From positions 2,368,001-2,432,000 of the forward strand of contig OY970368.1 in the NCBI GenBank assembly GCA_963718615.1: a stretch of 64,000 nt of DNA, read 5' to 3'. The first letter of the stretch is position 1. Each line of letters starts with the position of its first letter. Origin of the DNA: an uncultured cyanobacterium. Its GTDB lineage: Bacteria > Cyanobacteriota > Cyanobacteriia > PCC-9006 > JAAUQQ01. This document shows positions 20,013 through 28,307 of the stretch, one piece after another. A program made the position numbers and the translations under genes. The notes below the pieces were generated by a model. That model saw only the letters and a list, made by a program, of their open reading frames with translations, was not told the origin of the DNA and made no database searches.

Positions 20013-20072
20013 ATGGACCTCGCCCTTAGCCTCGATCCTCAAACCTCTAAGGCCCTTTACCCCCTAATCTAG
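20013..20072 (+). pseudogene. N-terminal remnant of a MocR/GntR (PLP-dependent) regulator
   Basis: Reads MDLALSLDPQTSKALYPLI*, resembling MocR N-termini (MDLxxxLD...xLYxQ), and lies divergent from the gene such regulators usually flank. Confidence 0.55.
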
Positions 20073-20172
20073 CCAGCGATCGCCCCCCCTGACAGCCACC
20101 GCTCAATTTCAGAAAATGAGCCCTGGAGAGTATCGTTGCATATCCAAGTTCAACGAAGGGTGAGGGAGCGTT

Positions 20173-21558
20173 ATGGGGTGTTGGGGACAAGAAACACTAG
20201 GGGTTTTGTGCGTCGGCTTGGGAGGGTTAGGTCTGCCGGGGCTGAACGTTGCGATCGCGCAAACGCCACCGCAAACATCACCGCAAACATCACCGCAACG
20301 AATCTCCAAAGTCACTTCAGTTCTCTCCGTCCCCTCGCCAGCCAAGGGCCTTGCCCTCGAAGCCCAGGGTCAAAGGTTGTATGAGCGACGAGAATTTCAG
20401 GCAGCGGCGATCGCCTGGACCCAGGCAGCCCAAACCCACGCGGCCCAGCGTCAAGATGTAGCACAAATTCGCAGTTTGAGTTTAGCCTCGTTGGCCTATC
20501 AACAACAGGGGGATTGGGGGGCGGCTCAGGAGGCGATCGCCACGGCGCTCTCGCTGCTGGCACTTCAGCCCCAGTCTGAGGCGCTATCCAATGTTCAAAC
20601 CCAAGCGGGGCTGATCAACGGAACGCTGCACTTCACCCGAGGAGAATGGGCACAGGCGCGTCAAGCCTGGGGACAAGTGGTTCAGCAGGCTCAATCCTCA
20701 ACAAATCCCACCCCAACAGATCCCACTCCGTTAGTTTTGGGACAACTGAATCTGGCCTTGGTGGACGATGCCCAAGACAAAACCCTAGTCGGTTTAGCGC
20801 GTTTAGAAGATCTCAAAAAGCTGTTGCAAAAACAACCTGAGACACCCCAGACCCAAGTCCTACAAGCTGCCCTCTTCAAAACCGAAGGGGATTTGCTTAG
20901 CCATTTGGGTCGATGGACAGAGGCCCAAGCCCGTTGGGAAGCGGCGTTGGCGATCGCCCAAAGTCCCAATCTCCAAACCCCAAACCTTCAAACCCCAAAT
21001 CTCCAAACCCTCACCGGATCCCTCTGGCTCAGCCTCGGCCAAGCCGCGCGCCAGCAAAATAACCTAAGCCAAGCCCAGCATGCCTATGGGCAAGCCAGTC
21101 AAAACGCTGATCCCACCCTACAAATTTTGACCCAACTGGCTCAGCTTGAGCTGGCCCTTCAGCCAGGAGCAAACGCTGCTGCCCTGCCCCACTGGCCACA
21201 GCTTCAGGCCTCTCTAGCGAAGCAACCCGCTCAGCCGCTCACCCTTTGGAGTCACTTGCGGCTCATTGAACTCCTCCAGCAAGCCAATATTCAGGAACCA
21301 CTGACGACCTTGGCCCACCGAGCCGTGCAGCAAGCCTATGCCCTGGGAGACTCCCAGGCGATCGCCCAATCCCTTCGCAGTCTCGGACAGGTCTATGCCC
21401 TTCAGGGACAGCCGGAACGGGCCGAAAGTTTGTATCAAGAAGCCCAAATGCTGATTCAGCCAGACTTATCCTCCCCTCAGTCTGGGTCTTTGGGGGTGGT
21501 TGAGCTGCGATCGCCCCTTTCCCCTTGGTCCACTGCGATCCTCCCCTCGTCCCCCTAA
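20173..21558 (+). CDS. Secreted TPR protein, paralogous to the N-terminal half of the TPR-CHAT protein but lacking CHAT
   Basis: Signal-like N-terminus (..VAIAQ). LEAQGQRLY..FQAAAIAWTQAA and QAYALGDSQAIAQSLRSLG align with 28308..31013. Ends in a low-complexity tail. Confidence 0.7.
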   Translation: MGCWGQETLGVLCVGLGGLGLPGLNVAIAQTPPQTSPQTSPQRISKVTSVLSVPSPAKGLALEAQGQRLYERREFQAAAIAWTQAAQTHAAQRQDVAQIRSLSLASLAYQQQGDWGAAQEAIATALSLLALQPQSEALSNVQTQAGLINGTLHFTRGEWAQARQAWGQVVQQAQSSTNPTPTDPTPLVLGQLNLALVDDAQDKTLVGLARLEDLKKLLQKQPETPQTQVLQAALFKTEGDLLSHLGRWTEAQARWEAALAIAQSPNLQTPNLQTPNLQTLTGSLWLSLGQAARQQNNLSQAQHAYGQASQNADPTLQILTQLAQLELALQPGANAAALPHWPQLQASLAKQPAQPLTLWSHLRLIELLQQANIQEPLTTLAHRAVQQAYALGDSQAIAQSLRSLGQVYALQGQPERAESLYQEAQMLIQPDLSSPQSGSLGVVELRSPLSPWSTAILPSSP

Positions 21559-21636
21559 ATTCCTTCTCCAACCTAAATTCCCTTCCCCACGCTGGGCATT
21601 CTAGGGGCCAAGACATCTGGCTTCCTGGGATAATCC

Positions 21637-24279
21637 ATGCTTCCCGCTCGCATTAAACAGTATTGGCATCATTGGCAGCATGATCGCTGGCCCTGGGGGC
21701 GGACTCAGCGGTCCTATTCCCTCAGCCTATTGCGGCAGCAGCCGTTCTGGCTGGGGAGCCTGGTGGCTACTGCAACGCTGTTAGGGATCTCGATGATGGG
21801 AGGACTAGAACAGCTAGAGTTGCAGACCTATGATGTTTGGGTTCGACTACAACCAGACCTCCCCCCTGATCCCCGGCTTCTGGTCGTAGAAGTTACGGAA
21901 GCAGATATTCGTCAGCAAAATCAATGGCCCCTCTCGGATGAGACCTTAGCCCAGGTTCTGGCCAAGCTCCAAACCCATCACCCCTTGAGTATTGGGTTAG
22001 ACCTCTACCGGGATATTGACTATCCCCCCGGAGAAAAACAGCTTAAGGCCCAGCTCCAAAAATCCAATGTCTTTGGAATTGAGTTTTTTGGTGATTTAGA
22101 AACCACCAATGTCCCCGCCCCAGCCACCATGGCACCCGAGCAAATTGGCTTTAATGATCTCTCAATTGATCAAGATGGCGTCGCCCGCCGACAATTGCTG
22201 TTTGTGGCGCTGGGAGACGAAGTTTATTATTCCCTCTCTCTGCGATTGGCCCTCCATGCCCTCGCCCAAGATCCCTCAGCCTTGCATCAACCGTTGTTTG
22301 AGCCCATGCCCTCAGGATTAGTGATTGGGGGCAAACGGTTTCCCGTGATCACGCCCCAAGCCGGAGGCTACCAAAATGCGGATAGTACCGGTTATCAAAC
22401 GCTGCTGCGCTATCGTTCTCAGCGGCCTGCGACCCGCCGGGTTACCCTGAGCGATTTGCTCAGCGATCGGGTCAATCCTGAATGGGTCAAAGATAAAATT
22501 GTGTTGATTGGCGTAACTGCACCGAGTCTTAAAGACCTATTACCAACCCCTTATAGCGCTTCCATTCAAGACAGCAACTACCTCATGCCTGGGGTAGAAG
22601 TCCATGCCCAAATGCTCAGCCAAATTTTGAGCGTAGTAGCCGGTGAGCGATCGCTCCTCCAGTTTTGGCCAGAACCTCTAGAATGGGCTTGGATTTGGCT
22701 CTGGGCCATGCTAGGAGGCTGGGTTGGCTGGCGTTTTAAGCATCCGCTCAGTGTTGGTGCAGCGGGTTTTGCGGGACTATTGTTGTTAGGAGGTGGAACG
22801 GTATTGCTGTTTGCCAGCAGTATTTGGATTCCAGGAACACAACCGGCGATCGCATTTCTCTTTAATCTATTTGTCTTAGTCACCTATCGAGGATTCTATA
22901 CCACCTTTCACGATCCATTGACGGGTTTGCCCAATCAACTGATGTTTTTGCGCTATTTGCGGCAGACACTTAAACGTCAGCAAACCGCCAATTCTTCAAC
23001 CAGTCCTTCAACCTCTGCCATGGGTCCCGCAAAGTTAGCCGTTCTTTTTTTAGATCTGGATCGATTTCAAGTGATCAACGAGCGATTTGGTCATCAAATG
23101 GGAGATCAGGTGTTGTTAACGATTACCCATCGGCTCAAACGGGAAAATCCCAATCAGTATCGATTGGCGCGATTGGGGGGGGATGAATTTGCGCTCTTGC
23201 TGGATGGGATGAGTAGTTCTCAAGAGGCGTGCGATTTTGTGGATCATTTGCAAAAACAGCTCAGCCAACCGATCGCCATCGGCAATGAACAAATTGTGGC
23301 TACAGCGAGCGTTGGCATTGCCCTAGGACAAAGCGATTATACCTACGAACCCGAAGGGCTGCTGCGAGATGCCCATACCGCTACCTATCGCGCCAAGTCC
23401 CTGGGCAAAGCCCGGTACGAAGTCTTTTCGACCGGTATGCGAGCCCAGGTGGTCAATCGGTTTCAAATCGAGACTGACCTTTATAAAGTGCTGGAACGCC
23501 AAGAACTTTTTTTAGAATATCAACCGCTGGTTTGTTTAACGACCGGAACAATTGCGGGGTTTGAAGCCTTGGTTCGCTGGAACCATCCTGAACGGGGTCG
23601 AATCCCCCCTGGTGAGTTTATTCCAGTTGCTGAAGAAACCAATTTTATTATTCCGATGGGGCAATGGATTTTGGCTACAGCCTGCCATCAGGCTCAGGTT
23701 TGGCAACAACAATTTCCCCGATGTAAGTCTCTGATCATGAGTGTCAATCTCTCCCCTCAACAATTCAAACAAGCCAATTTAGTTCATCAGATTCGAGAGA
23801 TTCTACTGGATTCAAAATTAGAAGGTCGCTGTCTCAAACTAGAACTGACCGAGAGTATGGTGATGGGCGATGTCGATGCCGCAATCCAAGTTTTGCTCAA
23901 GCTCAAAGCGCTTCAAATCAAACTGGGCCTTGATGATTTTGGCACAGGCTACTCCTCCCTCAGCTATTTACATCGATTTCCCCTCGATACGCTCAAAATC
24001 GATCGCTCCTTTGTGATGCAAATGGAAGAAGCCAGCGAAAATCGAGAAATCGTCAAAACCATCGTAGCCTTGGGCCACAATCTAGGAATGGATATCATTG
24101 CCGAAGGGGTTGAAACCGAAGTACAAGCCCGAAGTCTACAAGGCTTAAACTGCGAATATGGCCAAGGCTATTTTTTCGCCCATCCACTTTCTGCGGCTGA
24201 CGCAACTGCTGCGCTCGCTCAAGAGCAACTCTGGCCCACAAAACTAGAGCCCACAGACTCGATTGAACTGATTAATTAA
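21637..24279 (+). CDS. CHASE2 - 3TM - GGDEF - EAL c-di-GMP signalling protein
   Basis: CHASE2 (DPRLLVVEVTEADI, WPLSD, IGLDLYRD, PGVEVHAQ); HDPLTGLPN and RLGGDEF; FEALVRW, LELTES, DDFGTGYSSL and AEGVET. Confidence 0.95.
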   Translation: MLPARIKQYWHHWQHDRWPWGRTQRSYSLSLLRQQPFWLGSLVATATLLGISMMGGLEQLELQTYDVWVRLQPDLPPDPRLLVVEVTEADIRQQNQWPLSDETLAQVLAKLQTHHPLSIGLDLYRDIDYPPGEKQLKAQLQKSNVFGIEFFGDLETTNVPAPATMAPEQIGFNDLSIDQDGVARRQLLFVALGDEVYYSLSLRLALHALAQDPSALHQPLFEPMPSGLVIGGKRFPVITPQAGGYQNADSTGYQTLLRYRSQRPATRRVTLSDLLSDRVNPEWVKDKIVLIGVTAPSLKDLLPTPYSASIQDSNYLMPGVEVHAQMLSQILSVVAGERSLLQFWPEPLEWAWIWLWAMLGGWVGWRFKHPLSVGAAGFAGLLLLGGGTVLLFASSIWIPGTQPAIAFLFNLFVLVTYRGFYTTFHDPLTGLPNQLMFLRYLRQTLKRQQTANSSTSPSTSAMGPAKLAVLFLDLDRFQVINERFGHQMGDQVLLTITHRLKRENPNQYRLARLGGDEFALLLDGMSSSQEACDFVDHLQKQLSQPIAIGNEQIVATASVGIALGQSDYTYEPEGLLRDAHTATYRAKSLGKARYEVFSTGMRAQVVNRFQIETDLYKVLERQELFLEYQPLVCLTTGTIAGFEALVRWNHPERGRIPPGEFIPVAEETNFIIPMGQWILATACHQAQVWQQQFPRCKSLIMSVNLSPQQFKQANLVHQIREILLDSKLEGRCLKLELTESMVMGDVDAAIQVLLKLKALQIKLGLDDFGTGYSSLSYLHRFPLDTLKIDRSFVMQMEEASENREIVKTIVALGHNLGMDIIAEGVETEVQARSLQGLNCEYGQGYFFAHPLSAADATAALAQEQLWPTKLEPTDSIELIN

Positions 24280-24333
24280 CCCATTAACCCATTCGCTAAC
24301 TAACGCTAACTAACGCATTAACCGATTCGCTAA

Positions 24334-25176
24334 TTAGTAAGACTGAGAGGTTTTAGATGGATGTATCGTTGCCTGTTTTAGGAGCTCACCTTGGGCCAGG
24401 GGCTGACTCTGGAGTTCACTTAAATCTAGGCTTTGGAGGAGTGCTGCCCAAGCCTGTTGAATCTGACCGGAGGGAACCGTAGAGCTGGAGTCCTGTAATT
24501 CTGTGTAAAGTGTCTGAGCCGCTGCTTGCCATAGCCCAAGCTCCTGGTATTGTTGGGCTCGCTGTAGCGGGTTCCCTGTTGTCAGCGGAGCATCGATTCG
24601 CCGTAGGGTGCCCCACTCGTAGCGATCGCTCGACCGATCCACCGCACTGGAAATCACAGAAAGCTGCCAGGTATAGTCCTCATTCATCCGCAAAGACTGA
24701 CCGCTGAGCGGCGAATTTAGTTCAAGCTGGAAGATCCCAGACCGATCCGGTACTTGAAAAAACTTCTCGTAGACTAACTGCCCTGCCGAATCCTCAACCA
24801 ATAATTCAATTGTCCGAGAAATGGCTGCTTCTGGCGATGCCTGTCCCAGATAAACCAACAGACTGGGCCGCTCCGAGAGCACCAGCCAAGGGGTCTGGGT
24901 AGGCGCTAGAACCACCAGTTCGCCAGGGCCTGAATCACTGCGGGTTGCAGCAGCACTTCGACGTCCCGGTAAGCCTTGTCGAAGGGTGGCGGCTTGCAAC
25001 ACATTGCCCCGCGTAGTCGATCTGGTCTGGGAAGAACTGGCTTGGGAAACAGGTGTTGGTGTCGCTGAACGATGGGTTTCGGCCTGAGCTATGCCCGCTT
25101 GTAGCAGACTTAGGCATAATCCCAGACTAGAACAGAGCAAAATGCGGTTCAAAGTGCGGTGGAGGAAAGGATTCAT
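24334..25176 (-). CDS. DUF928 domain secreted protein
   Basis: Signal peptide (..AQA), GLPGRRSAAATR, RPSLLVY, YTWQLSVI, GTLRR and YQELGLW. Confidence 0.8.
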   Translation of the reverse strand: MNPFLHRTLNRILLCSSLGLCLSLLQAGIAQAETHRSATPTPVSQASSSQTRSTTRGNVLQAATLRQGLPGRRSAAATRSDSGPGELVVLAPTQTPWLVLSERPSLLVYLGQASPEAAISRTIELLVEDSAGQLVYEKFFQVPDRSGIFQLELNSPLSGQSLRMNEDYTWQLSVISSAVDRSSDRYEWGTLRRIDAPLTTGNPLQRAQQYQELGLWQAAAQTLYTELQDSSSTVPSGQIQQAWAALLQSLDLSELQSQPLAQGELLKQATIHPSKTSQSY

Positions 25177-25380
25177 GGCAACTCTAGGGTGGACCAGAAC
25201 TTATAGTTCATTGTGATTTCTCAGCTCTGGCAAAAAAACCGCAGATTTATCCGGTGGCGATCGCCCGATTTGTGAAGCCTCACCACTGTCTTCCGTGGAA
25301 TCGCACAAGCGGTCTAGGCAAAAGCAACTATCTTTACCCTTTTTGGGGACAGCAACTAGGTTTGGATTCAAGCCATTCAA

Positions 25381-25470
25381 ACCATGAGCTGTAAAACCGT
25401 GAGCTGTAAAACCGTGAGCTGTAAAACCGTGAGCTGTAAAACCATGATCTGCAAAACGCTTATCTGTAAA
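25381..25470. repeat. 15-bp tandem repeat x6 in the divergent DUF928/FHA intergenic region
   Basis: acc[a/g]tgagctgtaaa x4, then accatgatctgcaaa and acgcttatctgtaaa. Confidence 0.92.
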
Positions 25471-25595
25471 ACTGCTTCCCAGAACGGGAATTCTATCTAT
25501 TAAGGTATCAGGGGAAATTTCAGGGGAATTTCAGGATTAATCGAGAATGTTCTACCAGGGCGGCTCCCTTTGGAGGTCAAACCCTCATTGCTCTG

Positions 25596-28259
25596 ATGTA
25601 TAACGGCAAGCGCGATCCCATGGATTTTTTCATCCTCAAACGTCCTCGGCTCTCAGCCTGGATCCATCAAGACTGGATCCGTCAAGACAGGCTCAAGCAA
25701 GATAAGCTTCAGCGGTGGATGACGGTCGGTGGTGTGGTGTTGAGCTTCGGCACTATCACCCTTATCACAGCGACAGGGGCGATCGCCCAACCCATTACTG
25801 ATGGTTCCTTAGGCACTTCTGTCATTTCGATTCCTGCGGGAAGCACGGGTTGTCCATCGGGATGTTTTGAGGTGAAGGATGGAACCGCGAATGGCAATAA
25901 CCTGTTTCATAGCTTTAGTCAGTTTGACCTACCGAGTAATACCCGGCTCTTTTTTAACCATGATCCCAGTGTTCAGCGGATTATTAGCCGAGTGACGGGA
26001 GGCAGACAAAGTCTTGTTGACGGACTCGTTGAGACAAATCCAGGAGTTAGCTTATTTTTGATTAACCCCCAGGGGTTTGTATTGGGTCCCAATGCACAAA
26101 TTAATGTTGCGGATACGTTTGTGGCTGCCTCTGCGGATAGCATTCATCGGTCTAACAGTTCATTTTCAACGAGTTTAAGCGAACCGCTTCTGCTCTTTAA
26201 TGGACAGCCAGACTCTGTCTTGTTTGGGAATAATCCAGGCCCAATCCAAGTGCAAGGAAGCCTTTTTAGCCAACCACTTAACCCCAATCCAGGTTATCGT
26301 CTGGCCTTGCTAGGCAGTCCGGTTGAGATTTCGGATCGAACCCTTTTCATCCCTGAAGATCAACTAGTGTTGGGTGGATTTAAACAGGGAGGGCAGGCAT
26401 TTTTATCCGACTCCCTCTTTTCTTTCAGTTCCTCTCCACCGCAAGACGTTGCGGTTGTCACGCTGGATAATGCCAATCTTATAGCTCAGGATCCAGTGAT
26501 TAATGGCGAAGTTCAAATTCGTAGCAGTGCTTTAAGTTTGAGCCGTGGTTCTAGCATTGTTACAAGGGCCAATCAGCAAGAAAACAAAGATGGCAATATT
26601 CGACTGACTTTAGATGCCGGTACGTTAGATCTGTCGGGGTACAGCCAAATTAGTGCTGAAGCGATTTCGGGAGGGAGCGCAGGGAATATTTGGGTCACTG
26701 GGCCTGTACGTTCAATCAATTTACAACTCAGCTCTATTTCAACCATAACTGAAGGAGAAGGTGGAAATATTACACTGGAGGCTGAGGGGGGCGATATTAC
26801 CTTGGCTTTACTGAGCTCGATTACGAGTCGGGCGATCGCCCCATCTCCAAACCCCTCCCCAAACCCAATCGTAGCCAATATTAATCTCACGGGTGAAAAT
26901 CTGGCGATTTGGGGAGGCAGTAAAATTACAACGGTCAATCAAAGTAACCACAGCAGTGGCAACGTCGGTTATGTTAATCTCAATTTCAGCGATAAGGTTG
27001 AGATTTTAGGCTATAGTCAGATTTCGACTTCCGTCCTCAAGGATGTAGAAAATGCAGCGGCTGGGGACATCACGATTGCAGGCAGCGATTTAGAATTAGG
27101 CCCTTTGATTTTCGGAAACGGCGAGATTAAAACGACGACCAATGTACCGGGAGGGGATATTCAGCTCAATTTTTCTCAAAAAATTAGGCTCCAGAATTCC
27201 AGTTTAATTTCAGCAACGGTTGCCGACGGAACCCTTGGCAATGCGTCGGGCAATATCAGCTTCAACACTCCCGAGCTGGAATTGCGCTCAGGCAGTAGCA
27301 TCGAAACCCAAAGCCCTGGAAGCGGCGGAAATCTTGCCCTGAATTTACCCAGCAACGGTAGGCTAAAACTCAAAAATAGCAGTATTCAAATCAGCACTGG
27401 TTCGCCTGAATTTCAGTTTTTATCCCTCACTCCCGATCAGCTCGCGGTACAAACAGCGGATGATGGAGACATTTCCCTCTGGGTTCCTGAGTCTGTTTCT
27501 GCTCAACTCTTTTCCGCAGTTAGCAATTCGGCCTTTGCTCCAATCTTTAAACTAGTGAGTCAGCCGGTTCAAGGCAATTTCCGCAGTGAAATCAGTCTGA
27601 GCATTATCCCCCCGGAGCAGCTCGCCCTACCCAATGTTGACATCCCCCCTCCAACCCCTTCTGCAACCACAACCCCGCCGCCCCCCTCTACCAGCCCTAT
27701 TTTGTTGCTGCCTTGGCTCAATCCGCTGTTCTCCAACAATGCCTATTTAGGAGGGGATTCTGTGCGATCGCCCACCTCCCGATCCTCAACCGCAACCTCC
27801 CATGGCATCGCTCAAATCGCCTCGGGTATCAGTCCTACAAACAACTCCAGCACGGAAAACTCGGCACTCCCCTCCGTGCAACTGACCTTGGCCAACCCTA
27901 GGCGATGGCAACCCTTGATCCTGCGTCAGTGCCAGTCCTCGCAACCGGTACAGGAGGCCGGAGCAGCAACCTTTCGGATGAGCGGACGAGGAGGCGTACC
28001 GCCGGGGCCGGGGGGATTATTGAGCAGCGGTGCGTCCCTGTCTTTGGAATCCTTAGCGTTAGCGGATCTGGGGCTCTCTTCCCAGGGATCTATTGCGATC
28101 GCAAATCCCAATTCAGCAGTCTTTCCCCAGATCGTTCAATCCTCCTCTGGGCTGGAAGCCCAATCCTGGCGGGTCAATCGACGGGGAGAGGTACAGCTTT
28201 TGGGCGATCGCGCCCCCCGTTCAGACGTTTGGAACAGCAATTGCAATCCTGCTTCCTAA
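25596..28259 (+). CDS. Filamentous haemagglutinin N-terminal (TPS) domain exoprotein
   Basis: NLFHSFSQF, RIISRVTGG and LFLINPQG; beta-helix GNI repeats; cyanobacterial C-terminal motif C..FRMSGRGGVP..EAQSW..GEVQL..C. Confidence 0.9.
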   Translation: MYNGKRDPMDFFILKRPRLSAWIHQDWIRQDRLKQDKLQRWMTVGGVVLSFGTITLITATGAIAQPITDGSLGTSVISIPAGSTGCPSGCFEVKDGTANGNNLFHSFSQFDLPSNTRLFFNHDPSVQRIISRVTGGRQSLVDGLVETNPGVSLFLINPQGFVLGPNAQINVADTFVAASADSIHRSNSSFSTSLSEPLLLFNGQPDSVLFGNNPGPIQVQGSLFSQPLNPNPGYRLALLGSPVEISDRTLFIPEDQLVLGGFKQGGQAFLSDSLFSFSSSPPQDVAVVTLDNANLIAQDPVINGEVQIRSSALSLSRGSSIVTRANQQENKDGNIRLTLDAGTLDLSGYSQISAEAISGGSAGNIWVTGPVRSINLQLSSISTITEGEGGNITLEAEGGDITLALLSSITSRAIAPSPNPSPNPIVANINLTGENLAIWGGSKITTVNQSNHSSGNVGYVNLNFSDKVEILGYSQISTSVLKDVENAAAGDITIAGSDLELGPLIFGNGEIKTTTNVPGGDIQLNFSQKIRLQNSSLISATVADGTLGNASGNISFNTPELELRSGSSIETQSPGSGGNLALNLPSNGRLKLKNSSIQISTGSPEFQFLSLTPDQLAVQTADDGDISLWVPESVSAQLFSAVSNSAFAPIFKLVSQPVQGNFRSEISLSIIPPEQLALPNVDIPPPTPSATTTPPPPSTSPILLLPWLNPLFSNNAYLGGDSVRSPTSRSSTATSHGIAQIASGISPTNNSSTENSALPSVQLTLANPRRWQPLILRQCQSSQPVQEAGAATFRMSGRGGVPPGPGGLLSSGASLSLESLALADLGLSSQGSIAIANPNSAVFPQIVQSSSGLEAQSWRVNRRGEVQLLGDRAPRSDVWNSNCNPAS

Positions 28260-28291
28260 ACTCACCGCAACTCACCGCAACTCACCGCAAC
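28260..28291. repeat. 10-bp tandem repeat x3 just after the FHA stop codon
   Basis: ctcaccgcaa x3. Confidence 0.85.
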
Positions 28292-28307
28292 TTAGACCCT
28301 GCCGCTC

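Noticed and set aside
25381-25470. Repeat array as a CRISPR array
   Set aside because: The 15-bp units abut each other with no unique spacers, and there are no cas genes.
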